Virus record (IMG/VR): IMGVR_UViG_3300032282_006037
Coordinates: 9,609 to 73,608 of that record
Direction: 5' to 3' (one strand)
DNA length: 64,000 nucleotides
Origin: a virus
Taxonomy: Duplodnaviria; Caudoviricetes
A program made the position numbers and the translations under genes. Position 1 is the stretch's first letter; every line of letters starts with the position of its first letter. Below the pieces are notes generated by a model. The model searched no databases. It had not been told where the DNA came from and saw only the letters and a program-made list of their open reading frames with translations. Below are positions 1-8,959 of this stretch, in pieces.

Positions 1-6
1 ATAGAT

Positions 7-603
7 TTGACTGGAGCTAGTCGATCTACTGGGACGTATGCATTAACAGCTTTCAATTTAAATCCTCAAAATTATTTTTCTAATCAAGAAAATAGACCTG
101 CTGCATTAAGACCTGGAGATATTGTTTTACAAATGCAGCAACCTTTAATTGGTGGAATTAGATATAGCGGTGTTGTTCAAGCTAGCATAACATCTTTAAA
201 TGTTGAACTTCAATTAGAAAGAAAAGATTTAGTTGGTTTCGGTAGCAACTATCCATATGATAAACGCTTATTGTTTCCTATAATTGGAAATTTATCTTTT
301 GAGGGAATTTTCGATCAAGCAGTGACTGGTGATTTTAGTCAAATATTTGATGATGAAAATACTTATGATTTCACATTTTTATTCAAAAATTGTAATGGTG
401 ATATAAATTATAGATTGGGAATCTTTGGTGCCGCTGTAGAATCTCAGAGTTTATCTATGTCTATTGGAGAAAATATGTCATTTAGCTCTCAATTTTCTAT
501 TACAGTTACTGAAGGTGATGGTTTTACTATTTCAGGGGCAGCAGAATTAATTACTGGAGAGCTAATTGATTCTATTAACAATCAAACATTAGCTTTGTTA
601 TAA
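7..603 (+). CDS. tail tube-like structural protein (probably 5'-truncated by the window edge)
   Basis: Beta-rich pattern typical of tail tube proteins (SLNVELQLERKDLVGFGS..P, ESQSLSMSIG..FS). The frame is also open from base 1. Confidence 0.5.
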   Translation: MTGASRSTGTYALTAFNLNPQNYFSNQENRPAALRPGDIVLQMQQPLIGGIRYSGVVQASITSLNVELQLERKDLVGFGSNYPYDKRLLFPIIGNLSFEGIFDQAVTGDFSQIFDDENTYDFTFLFKNCNGDINYRLGIFGAAVESQSLSMSIGENMSFSSQFSITVTEGDGFTISGAAELITGELIDSINNQTLALL

Positions 604-604
604 T

Positions 605-2041
605 ATGAAAGATAGAAATATATTTTCATCTAAAAATCCGCCAAGTAGTTGGACTAGAAATCCAAATAATTTTTTAAAAAATTTTGATTTATCTGGTTTT
701 GCTGTTTATGTTGATATAGGAGTTTCTTCTGAGAAAACAAAAAAAAGTGCTGCTTTAATAAGCAATAAACACGTTTTATTAGCAAAACATGTAACCGGTG
801 ATAATCCGCCTTCTTTCAACATTAAATTTGTAAATAATAATAATGAAGTTTTTACTTATTCTGTAGATGTTTGTATTCATTTGGATTTTTCAGATATGAT
901 GATAGGAGTTTTGGATAGAGTTATTGATCCTTCTTTGTGTTTTTATAAGGTATTGCGTTCTAATTTTGATAGTTATTATAATTTAATTATTGATTCAATT
1001 GGTTCTGGATCTAAATTGCCAGTTGTTTTTGTTGATCAAGATAAAAATTTATCTGTTGGAGATGCAATTTTTACAAAAGCAGCGTTGCCAGTTAATGCGG
1101 GTAATCCAACAAGTTATCCTTTAGGTTATGTTTGGCAAATAAATATAAGTAATAATGATTTGAAATATACATATGGTGAATATGTTATTTCTGGAGACTC
1201 TGGTAATCCTATTTTTTGTATATTGAATAACGAATTAATTTTACTTGGTTTATGGCATGTAGCGCAGTTATATCCAGAAGGTAGAGGTCCAATAATTAAA
1301 AATAATACAGTAGGTAAATTCGCAGCAAGTCATAAATATATATCGGATATTAATTCTGCAATGACTACTCTTGCTGGATCATCTTATTCTGTAACTCAAA
1401 TTGCATCAGATTTTAATACTTATTCATCTTTAAAGATTCCAAGCATTGCTATTGGTTCTAATACATATTCTGAGTCTGTTTCTAGTTACAGTCGATCTCC
1501 GAATGTAAGAGGGTATGGGCAAGAAAATAAAACTATTTCTTTAGATGATGATAGTTATATATATGGTCCGTTTTCTTTGTCTTCAGATTTAAGTTACCTT
1601 ATAAATCCTTCTTCTCCTTATTTAGGTTTAACAAGTAATAATTTAAAATCAAAAACAAATGAGGGTGGCACTTCTAGCGATCTTTCTTCTAACATAGCGT
1701 ATAAAGCTTTAGCGGTTCCTGCTCCTATTGTTAATAGTATTAGTAACACAAATAATAAAAGACCGATTATTTCTGGAACCTGGATACAAACTGAATTGCC
1801 TACTTATTCAGAAGATATTTATATTGATATATATGATAATAATGTTATTATTTCTTCTTTTACAGACATTACTCTTTCAAATGTGAAAAGCAATAATACG
1901 TTTACTTTTTCTTTTACTCCGTCTTCTGATTTAAGTATTGGAACGCATACGATAAAAGCAAAAGCGTATTATTTTGATAATAATTATAGTTCTTTTAGTA
2001 ATTCAGTTACTTTTGATATATTAGATACTGGTGGCTCTTAA
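605..2041 (+). CDS. trypsin-like serine protease domain plus C-terminal Ig-like domain; probable virion protein
   Basis: Triad-like motifs LLAKHV, SDMMIG and SGDSGNP. The C-terminus P.ISGT...LSIGTHTIKAKAY...S.FSNSVTF resembles a bacterial Ig-like domain. Confidence 0.65.
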   Translation: MKDRNIFSSKNPPSSWTRNPNNFLKNFDLSGFAVYVDIGVSSEKTKKSAALISNKHVLLAKHVTGDNPPSFNIKFVNNNNEVFTYSVDVCIHLDFSDMMIGVLDRVIDPSLCFYKVLRSNFDSYYNLIIDSIGSGSKLPVVFVDQDKNLSVGDAIFTKAALPVNAGNPTSYPLGYVWQINISNNDLKYTYGEYVISGDSGNPIFCILNNELILLGLWHVAQLYPEGRGPIIKNNTVGKFAASHKYISDINSAMTTLAGSSYSVTQIASDFNTYSSLKIPSIAIGSNTYSESVSSYSRSPNVRGYGQENKTISLDDDSYIYGPFSLSSDLSYLINPSSPYLGLTSNNLKSKTNEGGTSSDLSSNIAYKALAVPAPIVNSISNTNNKRPIISGTWIQTELPTYSEDIYIDIYDNNVIISSFTDITLSNVKSNNTFTFSFTPSSDLSIGTHTIKAKAYYFDNNYSSFSNSVTFDILDTGGS

Positions 2042-2434
2042 TTAAAATTCAATTTTTGCATTTTTTGTTTCTATAGTTTTTGGTCTGTCTTTAACATGTT
2101 TTTTGCCGTTTGTTTTCTTTTTATAGTCGTCGAAATACTTGCGCTTAATAGGATCTTCGCCGCCATTCAAAGCCGCTCTACGATCTGATAATTCAGAAGA
2201 ATAATCTAACAAATCACCATATCGGCCTTTCATATTTGCTGTTTTATTAACAAATCCTTTATTATCGAATGGATCAACTACTTTTGCGTTTCCAATATTC
2301 ACTTGTGGCAGATCATAAACTCGCTCCCAAAAATCTTCATCTCCGTTTTCACCGCAATAATGTTTATATTCTTTCATAGGCATTACAACGTCAATGATTT
2401 TGCCTGTTTTTTTATTTTTGAATTGATAGACCAT
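2042..2434 (-). CDS. FmdB-like small phage protein (cysteine-less zinc-ribbon variant)
   Basis: N-terminal YQFKNKKTG...W.RVY..P matches the FmdB-type pattern, with the Cys residues replaced. Confidence 0.45.
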   Translation of the reverse strand: MVYQFKNKKTGKIIDVVMPMKEYKHYCGENGDEDFWERVYDLPQVNIGNAKVVDPFDNKGFVNKTANMKGRYGDLLDYSSELSDRRAALNGGEDPIKRKYFDDYKKKTNGKKHVKDRPKTIETKNAKIEF

Positions 2435-2454
2435 AACTATTATATGAAATATAT

Positions 2455-2492
2455 AAAAAATTAAAGCGCGGTTTTTTAGGCCGCGCTTGTTT
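2455..2492 (-). terminator. intrinsic terminator downstream of Hsp20 (possibly bidirectional)
   Basis: Stem aagcgcgg/ccgcgctt at 2464-2488, flanked by A- and T-rich tracts. Confidence 0.7.
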
Positions 2493-2780
2493 TTATTCTA
2501 TTTCTATTGTTCTCAGTCTTTCTTTCTTCTTAGGAAGTTTAACTGATAACAAACCATTATTCATTTTCGCTGTTACGCTTTCGAAGTCATAGTCATTAAC
2601 GTCATATAGATAATCTTCAAAGTCTACAGCAAACGTTTGCTTGTCGTCTACTTTAATATTAAGAGCTTTATTTGATGTAAAGATCTTAACGTTTTCTTTA
2701 GATTTTCCAGCTAGTTCAAAATTCAAAACTAGCTCGTTATCAGTGTCGCTGTATGTATATTTAAGTGTTTTGTAGTACAT
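2493..2780 (-). CDS. small heat shock protein, Hsp20/alpha-crystallin family
   Basis: ELAG..KENV and AKMNNGLLSVKLPK...IEIE motifs. Start placed at the second Met (2780) because the upstream ATG at 2792 lies before the predicted sigma54 start site. Confidence 0.9.
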   Translation of the reverse strand: MYYKTLKYTYSDTDNELVLNFELAGKSKENVKIFTSNKALNIKVDDKQTFAVDFEDYLYDVNDYDFESVTAKMNNGLLSVKLPKKKERLRTIEIE

Positions 2781-2794
2781 AGTAAAATACATAT

Positions 2795-2811
2795 AGCAAG
2801 AATCATGCCAA
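2795..2811 (-). promoter_or_regulatory. sigma54 (RpoN)-type -24/-12 promoter of Hsp20
   Basis: Minus strand reads TTGGCATGATTCTTGCT, with exact GG-N10-GC spacing. Confidence 0.7.
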
Positions 2812-2856
2812 CTTTTTTAAGCTGAAAAATCATTTAATGAAGTCATTTTGACACTT

Positions 2857-3939
2857 TTAATTCTTTATTGAGCCAAGAAGTGTGTCAGCTGTTGTCTCAT
2901 ATGTAAACTTTTCTTGTAGCTTTAGTCCATTTGGATTAGGTTTCTTGGCATATTCAATAGATTTTAAGATTGCAGCATCCATTTCTTCATCGGAAATATC
3001 AAAAAACTGACCTTGATTAAAAGCTGAATTAGGAGTAAAAAAGATTCCATCATAACAGTCTTTTAGCTTCGTTGGTTCAACTAGAATGCAGTTATCTGCT
3101 GTTGCCCAATCTTTGTGAGCTGTTGCGTTCATTACAACGCTCCATTTGCCTAACGTGGTAGAATTGAATGCTGGCAAGTTCCATCCTTCTGCTCCGCTTA
3201 ATCCACTGAGATCAATGTCTATACTATTGAGGTAATCATTGACCTCACTATTTGTCTGCATGTAAGGAACAAAATTAATATTATTATATTGCTTGCCTTC
3301 AAATATCTTAATTATTTCTTCTTGAAATTTTGATTTATCTAGGAATGGATTTGTCACAGCGCAAGAAAGCTGATATTTAGAATTATTACCAAAAAGCTTT
3401 AGCCAAGATTTAATTATTCTAGCTGTATTTTTTCTCTTCTCAAATTTACCTAGTATTCCGAAATGAATTTTTTCTTCTAAATAAGTCTTTCCAGTTAAAC
3501 AGAAATCTTTATCAAAACCGAGAGGAACAAATTTTACATTAGCAATATCATTCATTTCAAATATTCGCTTTGTATAATTAGAAGTTACGAATACTTGATC
3601 TTGGCATTTAAGAATATTTTTTTCAATAGAAGTTACTTGAGATACTTCATGAAAAGTTAAAAGAGATTGGTTTTTTGTATATCGAGATTCGCTAGAGTTG
3701 ATGTGCCATAGCTTTAAAGAAGGCAAATCCTTATCTATCTTTTCGTATCTAGACGATGCAGCTTTCTTTATATATTCGACAAAATCGTTATCGATCTTAT
3801 CATAAGCGCCAAAATCCAGCTTATCGCCAATTGGAAAGAATACCAAATCTATATTTTTCTTGTAAAATTCTCTTAAAATGTTTACTGAAACATTTCCAAA
3901 AGATAAAGAATTAATCGGCGCTGAAACTAGTAATCTCAT
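2857..3939 (-). CDS. glycosyltransferase, GT4/GT-B fold
   Basis: GKFEKRKN and SGAEGWNLPA (ExF/WxLP) motifs. Confidence 0.8.
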   Translation of the reverse strand: MRLLVSAPINSLSFGNVSVNILREFYKKNIDLVFFPIGDKLDFGAYDKIDNDFVEYIKKAASSRYEKIDKDLPSLKLWHINSSESRYTKNQSLLTFHEVSQVTSIEKNILKCQDQVFVTSNYTKRIFEMNDIANVKFVPLGFDKDFCLTGKTYLEEKIHFGILGKFEKRKNTARIIKSWLKLFGNNSKYQLSCAVTNPFLDKSKFQEEIIKIFEGKQYNNINFVPYMQTNSEVNDYLNSIDIDLSGLSGAEGWNLPAFNSTTLGKWSVVMNATAHKDWATADNCILVEPTKLKDCYDGIFFTPNSAFNQGQFFDISDEEMDAAILKSIEYAKKPNPNGLKLQEKFTYETTADTLLGSIKN

Positions 3940-4516
3940 ATTTAGATCTTATGTTTTTAGATATAGAATTCAATGCAGCATTATGAATATTAATACATCC
4001 TTGTATGCTTAATTTCATTTCTTTGCTTATTTTTCTCCAAGGTGTAAGTTTTTTATTACCTGAGTACCTCATCGAGAATATCTTGTGCAATCTTTTATCA
4101 GGATGATTTTGCAGCTGTACTTTGAAATCTTTTAATACTGAATCTTTAAAGTCTTGTTGAGCTTTGTTACATTCATATTTTATTTTTTCAAAATCATAAG
4201 AATGATCGTTTAGTTCAATATATTTTCTATTTTTATTAGAAGCATTTAGACACATCCACTTAGCTTCGTTGCCTAAAAATGTAGAAAACTTAGTTCCTTT
4301 GTCTTCATCGTATTTCAAGGCAGAATTATATATTGCTAATTCTTTATCGTTTATGATTTCTTCTCTTAAAGTATCGTTATTACAGTTCTTTAAAAAAGAA
4401 TTAACGATATCTAGATAAATTCCAGAATGCCTATCGATTAACTCTGATAAAGATTGATCTACATGTTTATTTCTTTTTATGTTTTTGATTAATTGTATAT
4501 CACTTAAATTCTCCAT
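3911..4516 (-). CDS. phage RNA polymerase sigma70-family factor
   Basis: Region 2 motif KYDEDKGTKFSTF and region 4 HTH motif PWRKISKEMKLSIQGC.NIHNAAL. Confidence 0.8.
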   Translation of the reverse strand: MENLSDIQLIKNIKRNKHVDQSLSELIDRHSGIYLDIVNSFLKNCNNDTLREEIINDKELAIYNSALKYDEDKGTKFSTFLGNEAKWMCLNASNKNRKYIELNDHSYDFEKIKYECNKAQQDFKDSVLKDFKVQLQNHPDKRLHKIFSMRYSGNKKLTPWRKISKEMKLSIQGCINIHNAALNSISKNIRSKYEITSFSAD

Positions 4517-5129
4517 ATAATGACCATTTATTTTTAAAGAATAAACGATTTATATGCCAATTGCAAGTTTCTTTTTCTTCAGTAAATGTTTTCCATTTTA
4601 TCTTATAATCTGCCGCTCGTTTTAATATAGGATCGTTTAGTTTCTCTTGAAAATTAGCGGGTTTTTGACCCATTCTGTTTAAATGTATAACAAAACCGCC
4701 GTTTTGTTTAATCCATTTAGCTTCGTTTTCATATCTTACATCAGTAATAATGACTATTATTTTATTATTTATAGAAGATTTAACCTTTTTATCTATTTTT
4801 TTTATCCAATAATCTTGATCTAGTTTTCTGCAAACATCTGTGCCGTAAGAAACTAGAATAGGTCTTATAACATCTTTTTCAGCATTGTTTTCGGTGAAAG
4901 CTGAAATATTCAGTTTATCTTTTAAAAAGTCATCTAGATCATGTTTTAATGCAGAAGCAAACGATATCGTTAAACAAGGAAATCCATTCTTTTGAAGTTT
5001 TTGCATTAAATATTTACCTAATGTATCTTTACCGCATCTAGCAACGCCAGCTATTCCAAAAATAAGGGGAAGTTCTTTTTGCACGATTTTTTTTCTACGT
5101 TTAATGATAAAATTATGAGTGTTTTGCAT
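4500..5129 (-). CDS. deoxynucleoside monophosphate kinase
   Basis: P-loop GVARCGKDT plus FASALK, RPILVSYGT and ITDVRYENE, as in T4 gp1/T5 dNMP kinases. Confidence 0.85.
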   Translation of the reverse strand: MQNTHNFIIKRRKKIVQKELPLIFGIAGVARCGKDTLGKYLMQKLQKNGFPCLTISFASALKHDLDDFLKDKLNISAFTENNAEKDVIRPILVSYGTDVCRKLDQDYWIKKIDKKVKSSINNKIIVIITDVRYENEAKWIKQNGGFVIHLNRMGQKPANFQEKLNDPILKRAADYKIKWKTFTEEKETCNWHINRLFFKNKWSLYGEFK

Positions 5130-5245
5130 CTAAGGTATACCTAGGGAAATTATTAAGGTTATTCAGAGGAATTTTTTAACGTGACACTATGGAAATTTAT
5201 TGTGGTTGCGCTTTGATTAATTAAACTTTCTTCGAAGACTTCGAA

Positions 5246-5274
5246 AGTTTAATGCAAAGTTTCTCCTTTGTCAA
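5246..5274 (-). promoter_or_regulatory. sigma70-like promoter for the kinase-sigma-GT operon
   Basis: Minus strand TTGACA-17 nt-TAAACT. An inverted repeat at 5220-5253 overlaps the -10 box. Confidence 0.6.
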
Positions 5275-5581
5275 GAAAAAAAGAGGAAAGAGAAGATAAA
5301 TCTTTAGCTAATTTATAATATCCTAAATCTGTTAATAATTCTGGAACATGCAAAAATTCAATTTTATCATCACTATCATTAACTTTTTTGATATTCATTA
5401 ATAGTGATAATTTAGTATTTTTACCTAGCTTTTCTATTATCTCCTTCAAAGCTGAAGTAGCAGCTTCAGTATAACTACAACTTAAAATAATACTTTGCCA
5501 ATCAGCACATTCAACTAGATAAAAATCTTCTTGACTTTCTTCTGTCTTAAACATAAGATTAGAGTATATTAATAAATGCAA
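5249..5581 (-). CDS. hypothetical protein
   Basis: 110 aa ORF co-oriented with the operon. The true start may be an internal Met. Confidence 0.55.
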   Translation of the reverse strand: MHLLIYSNLMFKTEESQEDFYLVECADWQSIILSCSYTEAATSALKEIIEKLGKNTKLSLLMNIKKVNDSDDKIEFLHVPELLTDLGYYKLAKDLSSLSSFFLDKGETLH

Positions 5582-6439
5582 GATGTCAATAAAAAAATAC
5601 TTTGGCTTGCAGATTTTGATTTAGATCAAGCAGCTGGTGGAGCACAAAGAAGTGACAAGATTCTAATAGAACATGGAAAGAAAATAGGTTTTAATATACT
5701 AAAAGTAAATAAAACTAACTTTGGCGCTCATATTAACATTCATGATTATGATATTCTAATTACATCTAATATCTGTTCACTTCATTTTGAAAATAATTGG
5801 TTATTGGATGAAATAGCTAAACATAAACACCATGTTAGAATAGAACATGATTCTAATATGTATTTGACAAATGAGCAAAGGAAGAAACTTTTTTCTAATT
5901 GTAAAAAGACATTTTTTTTAACTGAATATCACCATCAATACTTTATTGAAGATTATGGCGATATATTTCATAACGTAGAAATAGTTCCTGATCCTATTGA
6001 TACTGATTTCTTTTGTGATCTAAAAAATGAAAGGGAAAATAAAATTTTATATGCTGGCTATATGCATCCTTTAAAAGGTAGCTATGAATTTTTTGATTTT
6101 GTATTACAGAATACAGATTTAAAGTTTGTTGTATCAGGATGGACCAACTATCCATCTTTAGAATTTTTATGCAAAAGCGTTCCAAACGTTGAATATATTA
6201 GCTTAACAGATTATGAAAAAATGCCAGAAATATACAATAAGTATTCTCATTTTTACTATAACCCAAATTTAAAAGAACCATTTTGTCGTTCTTTCGCAGA
6301 AGCTTTTTTATGTGGTTGTAAAATAATAAGCAATAAAGTCAATCAAATTGGCAGCTATCAATATTTTATGAAACACGGTAAAGAAAAGTTTGTAAATGAT
6401 TGTAAAAACGCTCATATAAAGTTCTGGGAAAAACTGTGA
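5576..6439 (+). CDS. glycosyltransferase, GT4 family
   Basis: GGAQ N-terminus, G.MHPLKG and EPFCRSFAEA.LCG motifs. Confidence 0.8.
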   Translation: MQDVNKKILWLADFDLDQAAGGAQRSDKILIEHGKKIGFNILKVNKTNFGAHINIHDYDILITSNICSLHFENNWLLDEIAKHKHHVRIEHDSNMYLTNEQRKKLFSNCKKTFFLTEYHHQYFIEDYGDIFHNVEIVPDPIDTDFFCDLKNERENKILYAGYMHPLKGSYEFFDFVLQNTDLKFVVSGWTNYPSLEFLCKSVPNVEYISLTDYEKMPEIYNKYSHFYYNPNLKEPFCRSFAEAFLCGCKIISNKVNQIGSYQYFMKHGKEKFVNDCKNAHIKFWEKL

Positions 6440-7341
6440 AAATACTTTTAGTTTTTAATAAAAATTTGCCGCGTGAAAATCTTAATAGAATGGATTCTGG
6501 ATATTATAATACTTATATTCCATTGTTAGAACTTGGACATGAAGTATACTTGTATGATACCATAAACCCAAAAGAAAAAAATTTTTCTAAAGTTGTCGAG
6601 CAATTTAAACCTGATTTGATTTTTTGCTGTTTAACAGGTAATTCTCAAATCACTCCTTATGAACCAATTGAAGAAATTAAACAAATAACCAATTCTGGTA
6701 AAATCAAAACATTTAATTGGTTTTGCGATGATACTTGGAGGTTCGAAAGTTTTTCTCAATATTTTTGTCATTATTTCAATGTTTGCTCTACTCCAGAATA
6801 TTCTTATATTGAGAAATTTAAACAATCTGGTTATAACAATATAATTTTAGGACAATGGCATTGCAACGAAGATTTATATTTACTAAATCAAAAAAAATAT
6901 AATATTGGTTTTTGTGGAGGATTGAATCAAACAAGATTAAACTTTTTAAAACAATTAAATCAACAGGTTTCATATTTTTCAGGATGTTCTTATGAAGATA
7001 TGATCTCACTATATGCATCTTGCAAAATAGTTTTGAATCTTACCATCAATGACAACGATACCGAAAAAAAACGCCAAATGAAATTGCGCATTTTTGAAGC
7101 GACCTGTGTCAATAGTATGTTACTGACTGAAAGCGTTCAAAACATAGAGATGTATTATAAACCAAATGATGAAATAATTTGTTTCGAAAATGTAGAAGAA
7201 TGTATAGATAAAATTCAATTCTTTTTAAGAAACGAAAGCGAAATGCAAAAAATTGCTCAAAAAGGAAACGAAAGATTTTTGAAAGAACACACTTCAAAAA
7301 TTAGATTAAATAATCTTATTAAAGAAATAAATAAAATATGA
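6436..7341 (+). CDS. CgeB-like glycosyltransferase
   Basis: KIVLN...MKLRIFEA...LLTE...EHT..RL C-terminal domain. Confidence 0.8.
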   Translation: MKILLVFNKNLPRENLNRMDSGYYNTYIPLLELGHEVYLYDTINPKEKNFSKVVEQFKPDLIFCCLTGNSQITPYEPIEEIKQITNSGKIKTFNWFCDDTWRFESFSQYFCHYFNVCSTPEYSYIEKFKQSGYNNIILGQWHCNEDLYLLNQKKYNIGFCGGLNQTRLNFLKQLNQQVSYFSGCSYEDMISLYASCKIVLNLTINDNDTEKKRQMKLRIFEATCVNSMLLTESVQNIEMYYKPNDEIICFENVEECIDKIQFFLRNESEMQKIAQKGNERFLKEHTSKIRLNNLIKEINKI

Positions 7342-8237
7342 AAATTTATATTCAAAGACATTCTGAATTTGCTGGCAAATGGATTTATTCTGGCTATGCC
7401 CATGCATGGGCTTATTTAGATTATCAAGTAAAATTTATTTCTCAATTGGAAGAAATAAAAGACGATTCTGATTATTGGTTATTTATTACAGACGGAATAA
7501 TAAATGAACAAAATTTAAAATATTTAAAAAATAGCGGAAAAACTTTTTTGTATGTGCAGCCTAATTATTTTCCACATCATTGGGGTAAACATCCGAATTT
7601 TGTATGTTCCTTATCGCCCGAGCTTATCGATAAGATAAATAATTTAAAAAACATAAAAAAATGGACTTTTGGATATGATACAGAAACTTATTATCCATTA
7701 TGGAAAAATGTTATATCGATGCCGCTAGCTTACGATAATATAAATTATATTACTGAAGACACTTTTGATTATAAATATGACATTTGCTTTGTTGGGGGCT
7801 TTGCAAATAATGGATTTAATGAAAAAGTAGTAATAATACAAAACACTCTAAACGCTTTTTTGAAAGCTGGATTCAAGTGTGGTTTTTCAGTCGGTCAAAA
7901 TATTTCTCATGAATTAGAAAATTATGTTTTAAATAAGTCTAAAGTTGCTCTTAACATACATGATTTATATCAGAGAACATTAGGATTAGATACTAACGAA
8001 AGAACTTTTAAATCATTAGGATGCAATGGCACTTTAATATCTGATTCAATTAAACAAATAGATTTTTTATTCCATAACTGTTTTCAATCAAATGATATCG
8101 ATAAGTTAATTGAAAAAACTAAAGAATTTTGTCAATTAGATATTGAAGAATTAAATTCATATAAAAAGCAAAATAAAAAAATAATTGACAATGAACATAC
8201 ATATATAAAAAGAGTAGAAAAGTTTATTCAAGCATAA
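7338..8237 (+). CDS. CgeB-like glycosyltransferase
   Basis: YDICFVG, KVALNIH, NERTFKSLG and EHTYIKRV motifs. Confidence 0.75.
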   Translation: MKIYIQRHSEFAGKWIYSGYAHAWAYLDYQVKFISQLEEIKDDSDYWLFITDGIINEQNLKYLKNSGKTFLYVQPNYFPHHWGKHPNFVCSLSPELIDKINNLKNIKKWTFGYDTETYYPLWKNVISMPLAYDNINYITEDTFDYKYDICFVGGFANNGFNEKVVIIQNTLNAFLKAGFKCGFSVGQNISHELENYVLNKSKVALNIHDLYQRTLGLDTNERTFKSLGCNGTLISDSIKQIDFLFHNCFQSNDIDKLIEKTKEFCQLDIEELNSYKKQNKKIIDNEHTYIKRVEKFIQA

Positions 8238-8959
8238 TGAAAATATCAATTTTAATTCCTAATTACAACAAGTCAAAATATATTTCAGAATGCTTGACTT
8301 CTTGTTTAAATCAAACATATGAAAATTTAGAAATCATAGTTGTAGACAATGAAAGCACAGATGAAAGCGTAAAAATAATTAAAGAATTTCAAAATAAATA
8401 TCCAAATAAATTTATATTTGATACAGCTAAAAATATTTATCCTCGCTGTTGGGACGAGTGTTTAGAAAAAGCTTTTGAATATTTCACTGGCGAATACTAT
8501 ACAATCATTGCTTCTGATGATTTCATACATAATAAATATATTGAAAACTGTGTGAAATTTATTAAAGAAAAAAATTGTAATTTTTTTCAATCTCCTTTAC
8601 ATTGGATCGACGATAATAAAAATCTAATCAGATATTCAAAGCATGAATATAATAATTTACTTGACTTAAAAAATAAATTAATTATAGGATGCGTCATTAA
8701 CACACCAACTGTATTTTTTAAAACAGAAACGATTAAAAAATATAATTTATTTGCTAATCCAATAAAATATTCTGGAGCTGCTGATTATGATTTATATTGT
8801 AATATTGCAGATAAAGGTTTATATATTGAAAATTGTTCAGAATGGTTAGGTTATTACTATAGAATTAATGAAACACAAGCGACCTGGGAAATGCATAAAG
8901 ACGAAATGAAATACGATAAACTTATTCAAAAAAAATGGAGAGACAAATGGACGAATTAA
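8237..8959 (+). CDS. glycosyltransferase, GT2 family
   Basis: ISILIPNYN, VVDNESTD, ASDD and ADYDL motifs. Confidence 0.9.
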   Translation: MKISILIPNYNKSKYISECLTSCLNQTYENLEIIVVDNESTDESVKIIKEFQNKYPNKFIFDTAKNIYPRCWDECLEKAFEYFTGEYYTIIASDDFIHNKYIENCVKFIKEKNCNFFQSPLHWIDDNKNLIRYSKHEYNNLLDLKNKLIIGCVINTPTVFFKTETIKKYNLFANPIKYSGAADYDLYCNIADKGLYIENCSEWLGYYYRINETQATWEMHKDEMKYDKLIQKKWRDKWTN

